Virus record (IMG/VR): IMGVR_UViG_3300033153_007973
Coordinates: 1 to 64,000 of that record
DNA length: 64,000 nt
Reading direction: 5' to 3' (one strand)
Under the pieces are notes generated by a model, which ran no database searches, had not been told where the DNA came from, and saw only the letters and a program-made list of their open reading frames with translations. Position 1 is the first letter of the stretch. Each line of letters starts with the position of its first letter. Shown in pieces: positions 50,625 through 61,356 of the stretch. Position numbers and translations under genes: made by a program.

Positions 50625-51580
50625 ATTTATTCTCCTCGTTTTGTATAATGCTAAAATTCGTGATATTTCCATCTTGTCTCTCTAGTGTCCATAAGAAGTG
50701 TCCTCGAGATATCCGAGTTTTGTGATCCCATCTAAGTGCAGCTAGAGGCCTGAGTCTGTGTTTTTTGTTTGTGATGGATCGTGCTTCAATATAGATATCA
50801 ACAATGGTTGCTGGTCTTTTGAAGATGTGGTTGTCATCGATATCACGTGAGCCCACTTTAACATAGAGCTCATTGCACATACACATGACTCGATCACCAG
50901 CTTGCCAACCTGTATCGTTGGTGTGGTAGTCTTTCATGTGATTTCGTATCCTGTGACAGCTTCACCTACGACAACTGAATTTCCAATCCAGAATGTCATT
51001 GGCCGATCGTTTCTGCCAGATCGAATAAGCTCTTTAAAGCACTCGAGCTCTTCAGGGCTGTAACACACGGCACATGCGGTAAATGCGCCGTTGTCCACGA
51101 GTACCATGAGACGTTCTCCTCCGCTGAATTCTGCGGTGATGAAGTCACTCATCTTAATCTGCATGGCATTCTTCTCGAGCCATTCTTCTTTGGTCATGTT
51201 CTTCGGATTGATGTAATCTCCCATGTTATTCCTCCGTTATATTAAAATATCCTGTGAGCCAAGAAGCTGGCTTCGACACTTGCTGAGTAGTACTCCGATA
51301 CGCAAATCTCTTCTCCCATTCCTATCATGGATACTAAGGTGTAGGGGATTATTGCGTGACTCACACTCGGGATGGTTCGGCGAGGACACGATAATCAAGC
51401 TGTGTATCAAATCTCAATAAGCTCCACCTCTTCTCAACTCACAAGATATTGTATACAATAAAATGAGACGCTGAACCATACTCACATATTAGTAGACAAT
51501 GAGTCCTCACAAGCACTCTCGCCATAGAGGTGGATGGGTCAACGCCTCTGATCTTATGTGTATATAGCTTTGCCGGATTC

Positions 51581-51883
51581 CTAATCGGTTACCGGTCGAG
51601 GTGCGCCGATTCCCTTACTTATATTAAGATATTCTGCTATCACGTGACCGTGGCAAGCTTTTGGTGAACAGTAACATACGATATGTTTCCCTCGTAGTTC
51701 TGATACTGCCTTAAAGAATGTAGTATCATTGCGCATTCTTTCATGAAAGTGTTTCTCGAACTTCTCGATAACTTGTGTTCTGTCTCCATCCTTACCTATT
51801 ACGTAGGGATTACCATAGGGAGAACCACGGCCGATATATACGTCTCCAGGTTTCTTGTCCTTAATGTGACCTACAGTTGTCAT
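51581..51883 (-). CDS. DUF4326 protein
   Basis: DVYIGRGSPYGNPY, ELRGK...CYCSPKACHGHVI. Confidence 0.85.
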   Translation of the reverse strand: MTTVGHIKDKKPGDVYIGRGSPYGNPYVIGKDGDRTQVIEKFEKHFHERMRNDTTFFKAVSELRGKHIVCYCSPKACHGHVIAEYLNISKGIGAPRPVTD

Positions 51884-52149
51884 GATTTCTCCCGATGTGG
51901 ATCGAATATCTCATCCATTGTAGGTTGAGGTAGTGCTGGTATGTGTTGTGTTCTCTTGGCTTCAGGATAGTGACAGTAAACTAAACCTGTGATGCTGATG
52001 TCGGTTGCGCGAATTACTTCCTTACCGTCGAAGCACTTACAGGTTTGACATCTTATCGAGCTTACTCTACATGGTTGGTGATGTGGGCATGGTGGATTAG
52101 TTATACTTGATGTACCATATACTTGCACTGTATATCTATGTGTATGCAT
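51880..52149 (-). CDS. Small Cys-rich protein with DEIFDP tag
   Basis: CPHH..RVSSIRCQTC; ends QPTMDEIFDPHREKS. Confidence 0.65.
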   Translation of the reverse strand: MHTHRYTVQVYGTSSITNPPCPHHQPCRVSSIRCQTCKCFDGKEVIRATDISITGLVYCHYPEAKRTQHIPALPQPTMDEIFDPHREKS

Positions 52150-52960
52150 ATTTCTCCCTACGTAGGCAGATCATTCCTTATTCGTTCATTGGTGATCTTA
52201 TTAGTACCTGGCTCACGATCATATTCATACCATATGCCAGGCTCACCGTCTGCTGATTTGCGTACTTCCTGTTCACTGTTGGCGAATGAGAGTATGGTGG
52301 CATCATCTGTAGTTCCGCACTTTGCGCGTTCGTCGTAAAGAATATAGTATTTCTTCATGATTCATCCTCATTTTTGATCTTGGATAGAGACTTGCGTGCT
52401 CTGTCCACGAATCTTTCTTGGACATTGTCAGCACGAATTTCTTCTGCTTCTGCTCGGTTCTTGTCCTCGAGGTGGCGGACTTCGTCGCCACCACCCTTGA
52501 TGTCGGATTCATTACAGTATTCCACGAAGCGATCGAAGCAACGCTTACATCTCTGAAGATGATTACCTATGGATTGAATTCTGCTCTGTGACATAGTAAT
52601 TAATCCACAGAGCTCATCGTCAGTAGGGTGTCCAGATATATCTTTGATGGGTAACATTGTTCCTCCTCTGGTAAGTAAGAGACACGAGCCGACATCCTCC
52701 GGGATATGCTCCCTTCGCCAGATTTGCATCTGGATCAGCTCATGTCTCAATTATTTACATGTGAGCTTATAAAGAAGGCACGATGTTGCTTCACGTCAGC
52801 GGGCATCTCCGGCCCAACAAGTTCTTGAGGCAGCGCGCTCATCTCTGAGTGAAGGACGGACATCGTGCCATGTTGCCATTATTTATGCGAGACATTAAAA
52901 AGAAGACACGAGCGTCATTTACAGACACTCGTGTCTATTGGATTCAGTCAGGAGGAAGTT

Positions 52961-53575
52961 TTACATCGCGATATCGTCACCTTTCGCAGATGCTTTCTTT
53001 CCGTTCTTGGTTTCGACTGTGGGTGCACCTTGTGTACCGATCTCGAAGAGCTCGGACAGTTTCGTCATGTCCTTGGCGCCCTTCTTTGGCTCGAAGATGT
53101 GACCATAGTCGAAGTTCTTTGTCTCGTTTCCGACGAGCTTTCTGCCGTCGAAAGTGTGACCCTTCTCGCCCAGGTCTCGAAGGACATTCTCAGTGGCCTG
53201 CATGAACAGGGCTGACACACTGGCATTCGAAGAGAAAGCTGCATCTTTCGGCAGTTCTTTCGGACGTCGGTTGATGGGGACCAAATCGTTTTGATCCGTC
53301 ATCGAGCCGAGAATTCGAACTTGGGTTTGTCCCTTGTTCTGTCCTTTGGAGAATGTGACCTGCCCGAGTGCCAGCCGATAATAGGCACCCATGACTTTCT
53401 GGCCGGAGATTTCGGCGCTGATCCCGACCGCAATAATGGCCCGGAGGATTCCGCCTCCGACGGGATAAATACGCAGGTCCTTGATCTTTGCCCCGAACTG
53501 CTTGAGAACATCGTAAGGGCTTACATCCTGTGATGTGGTGGTACGCTTCGTGAATTTCATTGTGGTATCAGACAT
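52961..53575 (-). CDS. Putative single-stranded DNA-binding / abundant early protein
   Basis: Strong SD, optimised-looking codons, acidic-hydrophobic tail GDDIAM; SSB identity is inference. Confidence 0.4.
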   Translation of the reverse strand: MSDTTMKFTKRTTTSQDVSPYDVLKQFGAKIKDLRIYPVGGGILRAIIAVGISAEISGQKVMGAYYRLALGQVTFSKGQNKGQTQVRILGSMTDQNDLVPINRRPKELPKDAAFSSNASVSALFMQATENVLRDLGEKGHTFDGRKLVGNETKNFDYGHIFEPKKGAKDMTKLSELFEIGTQGAPTVETKNGKKASAKGDDIAM

Positions 53576-54288
53576 TTAACTAGACCTCCTTAAGGTCGTT
53601 GAGGGATATGAACTGAGTGGCTCCTGACCGAGTCTCATAAAAGATGCGAACTCTCAGTTGAACATGATAATGGTTACTTCTTCTTTCTGATCTCAAGGTC
53701 TTGCTTGATAGGCCAGACCTTGAGAAGCCAGGGCTCGGTAAAGATATACGTAGCGAAGATAGCAGAACCCATAAAGTTGGAGAATCCGGCCACCATACCA
53801 CTACCGATAAACTCGACAATGCCCATGGATAATCCCCAGTTCACACATATAGCGATGAACTTATGCTGCATTATCGCTTTGCGGACCGGGATATACCATC
53901 TGATGAACTTAACCTCGAATGGAAGCGCTCTATATACGCTGATACTTATGAACGCTACACCGAGGGATAAACAAACGGCGAAAGTCATAAACATACTCAT
54001 AGAATGCCTCCTTTCAAATGAGATGCGAAATCATGGTATTAATTATACATACCATTCCTTTTATTGCACTGTATTCTTTTCTGCTCTTCGCGTAGCCATT
54101 TTGTCCATTTCGGGATAACATATATGAATACGACGATAGCTCCCGCCACATGGCACAAACCTATAAAGATACGGATATTGCTGTTCCCGGCAATGAAATA
54201 CCTTAATGCGAAGAACACATTGGCGATTATGACTACGTATCCTGCCATAATCATTCTTTTTACGTTCGTTATGTTTAATTCCATAATA

Positions 54289-54597
54289 TTACTCCTTAAT
54301 CTTCCAGATGGGGGCAGATACATGTCCCGTCGAGACTGTCCGTCCCGTGTCCTCGAATACACCAGTGGCATATGCCACACGTGCAACAGCCTTATTCTCA
54401 CTCCAGTTCTTGATAATGACCTCATTTTCGGCCAACACCGACTCAGGAATATTCACAGTCAGCGTAGCAAAGGGTTCGCCATCATCATTCTTGATAAGGA
54501 TAGTAATGCGATCACCCTGTAAGTAATGAGAGGTCTCGAAGTGTACTTTCTCGCCGAACAATTGGAACGTAATATTCTTAAGAGTAGTTAGGTTCAT
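54289..54597 (-). CDS. DUF4313-like protein
   Basis: GEPFATLTVNI, IKNWSEN, TGRTVSTG. Confidence 0.65.
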   Translation of the reverse strand: MNLTTLKNITFQLFGEKVHFETSHYLQGDRITILIKNDDGEPFATLTVNIPESVLAENEVIIKNWSENKAVARVAYATGVFEDTGRTVSTGHVSAPIWKIKE

Positions 54598-56920
54598 AGT
54601 ATTACCTCCTCCAGAATGTAAGTAGGATAGAATAAAAGGGCCCAGTCAATCTAAGTATGTTGCATACATATCCCGAGACTGAGCCCCAGCTAGCTTTATC
54701 TTTGATACTCCAGAGGGTACACGGAGTAGGGTATGAGTATTGAATGAATCCAATAATAATGCGAAGCTATCATATGAATAGAGGCATTGTATGCTATCTA
54801 TACAGGGTGACAATAAGGTGTATGTTATAGGGTATGAGAGTGTAGTGATTCCAAAACACCCGAGTCATACCGTATTTATACGGGTAAGTATTACGAGGTT
54901 AGACGAGCTATAGCGCTGGTATATGCTTGGTGAGCATATTATGCGTATAGCATGTTAATCTCGAGTCATGAATCGACCTTGACGGCTATTCATACGTGCT
55001 CGATTTTCATTAGAGCACTGTTATTGCGTGCTCGCTCTGCTCGCACTTGGTGCTACTATATAGTTAGAGAGAGCGATAGTGTTCTGTTTTTGTATAAGTA
55101 GAGGGTTGCGCGCGGCGTCCCGCCGCGCGTTTACGACGTAGTTAGGTGTGGGAAAAAGAGAGCGCGAACACCTGTTGTGGTGCCCGCGCGCTTCTTAGGG
55201 TGATTGTGGTTCAGTCAGTGGTTTGAGATCGACTGGCTGTTCCGGTTCTGGTGATGCTTTGTCTTCTTCGGGAGGTGTCAGGTCAACGTTCTTCTCGTTG
55301 GATTGTCTGACTTTGCCGATGATGGCGATGCCGGCGATGGCTGCAACTCCCAGGATACCAAGTCCGATCAGGATCTTCTTCATGACTTGTTCTCCTTAAT
55401 GCCGAGTTTCTTCGAGGCGTCGATTGCCCCGGTGACTCCGGCTTTGATGATGATGGAGCAGTCTTTCACGGCGAGTTTGGTCATTTTAATGGCGGGTTTG
55501 GACGCTTCTTTCACGCCTTTCAGCCCTTCATTAAAACAGCTTTTGAGCTCTTTCAGATACTTGAGAATATTCATATATGTACCTCCTTAGAAGAATATCT
55601 TGATTGCCTCTATTGCATAATAGAGACATCCCAACAGGAATGCGATACTTGGGAGTATGATGAATGACAGCACAACCAAGCCGGCAATTCCGAGGACGAG
55701 CTTGAGCAGGACTTTGTTTATGAACCATTCGAGCATGTCCCATTTGTCAGCGATGACCATACCGCTCCAGATTCTCATTTGTGATACCTCCATTAGCTAA
55801 AGATTCTGCTGAGGAGATCGCCGATTAGTGCGAACCACCCAATGCAGAGTTGGGTTAATATGAACATGCCATCTTTGAGTGCTGGAAATATCATAGAGCA
55901 CAGCTTGAGAACAGGTACTGCAATGATCAGTATTATACCGATTAGTATACCTTTCATATGAGTACCTCCTAGAGTATGATTGCATGGCAGTGTGGCATGA
56001 AGATGGGGCTACTAACCCAGCCACCACTGAGATATCTCCCAGTGCCTGCGCAGGACCGCCATTATAAATGCGAAATCCATCTGATAAAAAGAAGCCACGA
56101 ACTATAGGCTGTAGTCCGTGGCTATGAGCAGGAGGAGGGTGCATATGTGTTACGCGGAGTTAAGGAAGGATGGAGAGTGGGCCAAAGGCGCATACCCTCC
56201 ATTATAAATGCGAAATCACTCATACTCAGCCGATAGCCACAGCGGTTCGATGCTCTGTTTGTCTAAGTTGTTTCGAACCTGCGTGATTGCATCCTGTTTA
56301 TCGGCTCCTGTTACCATCTGGTAATCATGGATATTCTTGCCGTCCTTGTCATGGTACAGGTAACTCACTCGGAATTGGCGCATATTATCCCCTCCTTTAT
56401 AATAGGATACTGGACGTAGAATTAAACGCCCAGCTCCAGCTGATTTGTGTGTGGTTTGAATTTCACACAGGTTATCTCGCCCACTACTATTTCTTTATAG
56501 TGGACTCGGGTCTCAATGGGAGTCACCCAACCCATTTTCCGGATCATCTGCATTGTGATGTTCCGGGTTGCGCTCTGACGCGTGGTTGCCAGAGTCTGGA
56601 ATTTGTATGAGGTCGAGCCCCAACGGGCGGTGGCCTCATACACAAGACGATTGAATTTGGATGTCATGATAAGCCTCCTTGATAGATTTTGGGGTTCGAT
56701 CTCGTTCCATTAATAATGCGAAAGCTATGAAATCGGCATACAGCACTAAAGCCATTATACATACGAAGGTCATATAGAAGACTATTGCTATCATGTTATA
56801 GGGCTGTCGGGTTCCTAGGACAAGCATTTTGGCATGCGTGACGCACCATAGCGCAGTAGTTATGTGACGATCCAATTACCTATGAACGGAGGCGGTGTGA
56901 GCCACCCCCGCTCGACCAGC

Positions 56921-59659
56921 TTAATCTTTCACGTGCTGGTTACGCTTGATCAGATGGTGTGTACCTGCCGCCCGATCAGATATGATACTCAATGTCCCAG
57001 GAGTCAGATTCAAGCGCTTCTCTTCACGCTCGAGGTCTGACTGGATAGCACCCAGGATCTTTTCGTTCTCTTCCTCCTTTCTAACGTCGACCGTAGCCAG
57101 CCAATATAGCCAGCTACGATCAATCACCCGCCTAGCACATGCCAGGACACGCGGGTCGAATCCTGACAGACCACCATACAGCCCCTTGTTATTGCTGCTG
57201 GTGTAACTGATGATACAGATCATGATCATAACCTGCATCTCCTCCAAGGCCACACCGAACTCCTTGGAGAACACGTGAGCTCCAGTATGGAACAACGCAG
57301 CCACTTTCTGCTGACTTGTTTCCATATTGGCATGTGCTCTCTTATCGGACTGCCAAATATCCATAGCCCGACAAATCATGGAGCGATACTTCTCGCGCAT
57401 CACTCCATCGGTGTACATCACTTTCTCCGATAGCTGCTTACCATCCTTGGTGGGTAGAGCAGCCTGTCGACCAGTGATTGGATTGATCCCGATCCGCTCT
57501 GCAACCTTATGCATAATAGGATCAGTCTTCACCATCTCACGTGCCTTGTTATGAATATGGTTCTCAGGTGTTCCGAGTTTCATATCAACTAGAGGCTCGA
57601 AGATCGCCCGCAGGAACGGATCTGAGCGATCGATGCGATGGTGATTACCAGCGATGGACATGAGCTTATCCATATCCACCTCACCAGTGTTAGCGTTAAC
57701 ACAACCAAGCTCATCCAGACCTCCGATGAGTTGCTCCCTGTTTGTATCAACAACCACAATCGTCCGACCGCCTTTCTGCTTGCGATTGAACGACTCGGAA
57801 GCGATCATATGTAACAGTGACCGCGGCCGAAGTGTGAATTTGGGATCGATCTTCTTAGCTGCATCAGTAAACGCGAAGACTGATGCTTTATAATCGATCT
57901 TCCGGACGGAGTGCTTAATTCCATCCAGAAAGCTCTGCAGGAAATGTAGTTTCATCCCCCGCAGGAAATACTGGACATCGTCTCTATAGAAGATGCCCAG
58001 ACGCAGGAATCCCTCTTGGAACCTGCGAAACAGCTGAGTTGCCCGCCCAATCATGAGCGAGTCGAACCCATATCCAGTTGTTGCTACCTGAATCAGCATA
58101 TCAGCAACTGGCTTAGTCACCTTGCATACTTTGCGAAGGTGTCCAACATCATTATTCTCATCCTCATGTACAACCTCAGGAGGACAGATCTCATCCTCGG
58201 GACGCCATGCTAGATTTCTAACGAGCCCGAAGACTTCATCAGGGTACACAACCACGATATCACCATCGAAGTCACCACCCAACTGCCCCATCAGGATAGG
58301 ATTCACCCTGATGCTGTCTCCCTCGAACCCCACCACCTTCACAGTAACGACGGTGTCAGGGAACACAGGATGCCTGGCGATGATGATCTTATCACCAAGC
58401 TCGAAGCCCTTGCCCTTGAAACATGTGGGCAGGATCACATTAAGCGCCCCGATGAGATGTTCAGGTACTGAGTATGAGAAGCGCCCAGCCGTAACTCCGC
58501 GAGTGATCAACCCACGGATTAACGGATAGATCATGCTCCGTGCTTTCTCGAGCATAGATCCAAACTGGGTGCTATCTACTTCACGTAACGCATCCATCAC
58601 TCCCTGTAGAGTGGCAGAGAATTTGCGATGGTCTTCTCCTTCCTCAGGTGCAACACCACGTGACATGACGTACCGTGCCAGGTGGTGATCACCAGTAGAC
58701 ACCGCAGCTGCAAACTCAGTAGCTCTTGTTTTGAGCCAGGTGAGTGGTTTATCCATATCCATCCATCTGGCCTTTGTCAGGAGACTCAAAGATCCGCGAG
58801 CTCCCTTATTCTTCAGATATGCATCCCCAGACTTATGGAGATAGATATCCATGAACAGGGTTCCCAATTCCCCATCCCAGCTGCCTATACCAATAACCTT
58901 CATGGTATCGACAGCTATCTTCATCTCTTTGTCAACATAACGGGAAGTTAACGCACACCCATCCATATTGATAGAGTTGGGTAGTACATAGAACTCTACC
59001 CCCATCAGTACCCCACTCTGCAGAGGTGTGTTACAATACTTGCCTAACTTGAACAGCTTCTGCCCAAGTAGGTTCTTCAGTGTGTCCGGAGTTACGAACA
59101 CAACGCCCCGCTCTGCCATTGCTAGCAGTGGGTCTATCATCTTCACATCTACGTGCTTGGAGACATGTTCTAATATCCAACGCCTCATGTACTTGTGTGA
59201 ACGCCGCTGGATAACACCCTTGAAGATCACAAGTACCTTCAATGATATCCCCAATACCTTCTTAATGGCACTGGAGACCGAACAGTTGATCGTAGCCATG
59301 AGCGGGGCCTGCCCGAACTCAGGTACGACACGCATCTTACCGGGGAACATGTGACGCCTGTTCTCCTTCAGATGTGTCACCATCCCTCCAATGCTCTCCA
59401 GTGCATCATCACACTGAAGACCAAGGAAGCCTTCTCTTGCTTGCACAAAGGCACCACCACATGCCTTCAGTACACGGGCCAGGATACTATCCTGAACCGA
59501 GACGGTGAGCTCCGACCCCTCGATCGGAATGTCCACTACAGGGTAGAGCCGGTCGCCCGACACCTCATCCTGTACTGGGTGTGCCACCATCCATGCCCCG
59601 AAGAACCTCTTCTTCAGGGAGGACAGTGCACCATCCAAGACACTGTTTATCTTGTTCAT
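56921..59659 (-). CDS. Second single-subunit double-barrel RNA polymerase (YonO / cellular RdRP-like)
   Basis: NMDGCALTS; IIIARHPVFP...SIRVNPILMGQLGGDFDGDIVVVY; FLDGIKH; AGGAGG SD. Confidence 0.8.
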   Translation of the reverse strand: MNKINSVLDGALSSLKKRFFGAWMVAHPVQDEVSGDRLYPVVDIPIEGSELTVSVQDSILARVLKACGGAFVQAREGFLGLQCDDALESIGGMVTHLKENRRHMFPGKMRVVPEFGQAPLMATINCSVSSAIKKVLGISLKVLVIFKGVIQRRSHKYMRRWILEHVSKHVDVKMIDPLLAMAERGVVFVTPDTLKNLLGQKLFKLGKYCNTPLQSGVLMGVEFYVLPNSINMDGCALTSRYVDKEMKIAVDTMKVIGIGSWDGELGTLFMDIYLHKSGDAYLKNKGARGSLSLLTKARWMDMDKPLTWLKTRATEFAAAVSTGDHHLARYVMSRGVAPEEGEDHRKFSATLQGVMDALREVDSTQFGSMLEKARSMIYPLIRGLITRGVTAGRFSYSVPEHLIGALNVILPTCFKGKGFELGDKIIIARHPVFPDTVVTVKVVGFEGDSIRVNPILMGQLGGDFDGDIVVVYPDEVFGLVRNLAWRPEDEICPPEVVHEDENNDVGHLRKVCKVTKPVADMLIQVATTGYGFDSLMIGRATQLFRRFQEGFLRLGIFYRDDVQYFLRGMKLHFLQSFLDGIKHSVRKIDYKASVFAFTDAAKKIDPKFTLRPRSLLHMIASESFNRKQKGGRTIVVVDTNREQLIGGLDELGCVNANTGEVDMDKLMSIAGNHHRIDRSDPFLRAIFEPLVDMKLGTPENHIHNKAREMVKTDPIMHKVAERIGINPITGRQAALPTKDGKQLSEKVMYTDGVMREKYRSMICRAMDIWQSDKRAHANMETSQQKVAALFHTGAHVFSKEFGVALEEMQVMIMICIISYTSSNNKGLYGGLSGFDPRVLACARRVIDRSWLYWLATVDVRKEEENEKILGAIQSDLEREEKRLNLTPGTLSIISDRAAGTHHLIKRNQHVKD

Positions 59660-59936
59660 AGCCTACCTCCTGCTTATTCTTTACTCACCTGTCCTCAATG
59701 AACAGGCGTCATATCCTTCTATCTCCCACTATCCCATGTTGTTGTCTACTAGTCGCTAAACCTAAAGGTCTTCATCTCACCCTTCGGCCCAGCGAGGATG
59801 TACATGCGTGCATACTTGAGGTACACGCATATCCATCCTGCGTCGATTAGCCTGTTGATCTCGAGCCATGTTGTGCTAGTCATGACTTGCCTCCTGTTGT
59901 GTTACTCACCCTCCTATACAGGTGGGTGTACTACAT

Positions 59937-59997
59937 TGGCCCATGTGGGGACTCGAACCCCAATGCACATACCACGTGCACCTGCCTAGCATGGGCC
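59937..59997 (-). ncRNA. D-armless tRNA-like RNA
   Basis: GGCCCATG/CATGGGCC-A acceptor; TGCAC-GTGGTAT-GTGCA; TGGGG-TTCGAGT-CCCCA. Confidence 0.6.
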
Positions 59998-60013
59998 ACC
60001 TCCTACTGCCAGG

Positions 60014-60220
60014 CTACTTGATGAACTTGTAGCCTGACATGTTACGGATCTTCTGTTCGGTACATGGCATACATATGTACCGATCATTGATCAGCTTGGC
60101 ATATGACATCTTCATGATGTCCATGCCGGTGGTCATGTCCACCTTTGACACAACCTTCGAACAACAACCACATGTGCGTACCCGTACTATCTTGCCCTTC
60201 TCTTTGATCATGTGTTCCAT
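60014..60220 (-). CDS. Small Zn-binding hypothetical protein
   Basis: CGCC..CMPC; AGGAGG SD. Confidence 0.6.
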   Translation of the reverse strand: MEHMIKEKGKIVRVRTCGCCSKVVSKVDMTTGMDIMKMSYAKLINDRYICMPCTEQKIRNMSGYKFIK

Positions 60221-60494
60221 TGTTATGCCTCCTGCTTATTTATTCCCGAGCCATCTGACCCGGGGGCGTGAATCTTTCTACTTTCAATACCACTAATATC
60301 ATAGGGTAACTCGCGGACAGCACTCGATTCGAGCCTCTTTACTGCTCTCAGATATACTAAAAAAACCAAAACGGTTTCGAGCCCCTTTACAGTCAGAATT
60401 TCGCGCCACGGGCGGGGCACCACAGCCCCAGCCAGCGCATACGCAATATATTTAAAGTCTCGCAACGTAGTTGCTCACTTTCCTAGGAAAGTGC

Positions 60495-60522
60495 TTGACA
60501 GATCCACAGCATATGCTACTAT
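60495..60522 (+). promoter_or_regulatory. sigma70-type promoter at the strand switch, driving the plus-strand operon
   Basis: TTGACA-16-TACTAT with TGn extension. Confidence 0.55.
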
Positions 60523-60698
60523 GTGCTTGACCTTTAGTTGAAGTGGATAGAGGCATGGGAGCATGCTTCTGAGGACTTCATAGTCTGAAGATGGAGGGTA
60601 CCGTAGATTACGGCCGTAATCGCGGGAGAGTAGATCCAGACTGCACAGCCACCCTTGTTGCTCTAATGGTCATGCAATATATTCCGGGAGGGGATATT

Positions 60699-61079
60699 AT
60701 GCCAATAACAGAAGCAAATATATACTTTAATGTGTCGGGTTATCCTATTAACAGTACATCTATACATCCTGGAGATGGACGCCCTATTATAGAATACGTC
60801 AAGGAAAGCTACAATGTGTCCTTTCCTGTGTCAGGTGGACCACATGCTGATTGCGGATATGATATGTGGGAGGTAGACATCTCATGCCCTTACTGTGGTA
60901 ATCATTTCAAGACATGTCGGAGAACTGACATAAATGCACCACGTATAACATGTCATAAGTGTAGGAATAATTTCGATGTATATAATGATATGATCAGAGA
61001 AGAACTGGCCAAGCAGAATGGAGAAAACGCGGACCCTTCTATAGTAGAGGTAATCAAAGATGGAATCATCACAGTGTAA
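60699..61079 (+). CDS. Zn-ribbon protein with C-terminal VIKDGIIT tag
   Basis: CPYC..CHKC; GGAGGGG SD before 60699. Confidence 0.7.
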   Translation: MPITEANIYFNVSGYPINSTSIHPGDGRPIIEYVKESYNVSFPVSGGPHADCGYDMWEVDISCPYCGNHFKTCRRTDINAPRITCHKCRNNFDVYNDMIREELAKQNGENADPSIVEVIKDGIITV

Positions 61080-61356
61080 ACATCCAGGGGATGGTTTTTA
61101 TATTGTCAGGAGAGTATCGAGATACTCTAAGGAGGATGGATATATTATAATACTGGGGTGTCCTCATTGTGGTAAGGAATTGCAGATGACGGGATATAAA
61201 GATCAGCGTATTATACGTACAGTATGTGTTGAGTGCAACGAACCGATCATGATATACAGGAACATGGTACAAGCAACGATACACAGACAACGCGGAGAAA
61301 CACTCTCGCCAGACAGTGTGAATGTAGTCAGGAAGGGACTTATTAGTGATTCTTAG
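61060..61356 (+). CDS. Zn-ribbon protein with VVRKGLIS tag
   Basis: CPHC..CVEC. Confidence 0.7.
   Translation: MESSQCKHPGDGFYIVRRVSRYSKEDGYIIILGCPHCGKELQMTGYKDQRIIRTVCVECNEPIMIYRNMVQATIHRQRGETLSPDSVNVVRKGLISDS

Larger units (their letters stand above)
52876..56728 (-). promoter_or_regulatory. Repeated motif TCGCAT-WWW-TAWTGG (5 copies), putative phage-specific promoter
   Basis: Copies at ~52876-52890, 54750-54764, 56059-56073, 56199-56213, 56707-56721, all in the same orientation and mostly intergenic. Confidence 0.55.

Noticed and set aside
17-60296. Most plus-strand ORFs in the track before 60.5 kb (except 22998-23450)
   Set aside because: They are antisense shadows of minus-strand genes, with Ser/Phe/Leu-rich composition and no SD or motifs.
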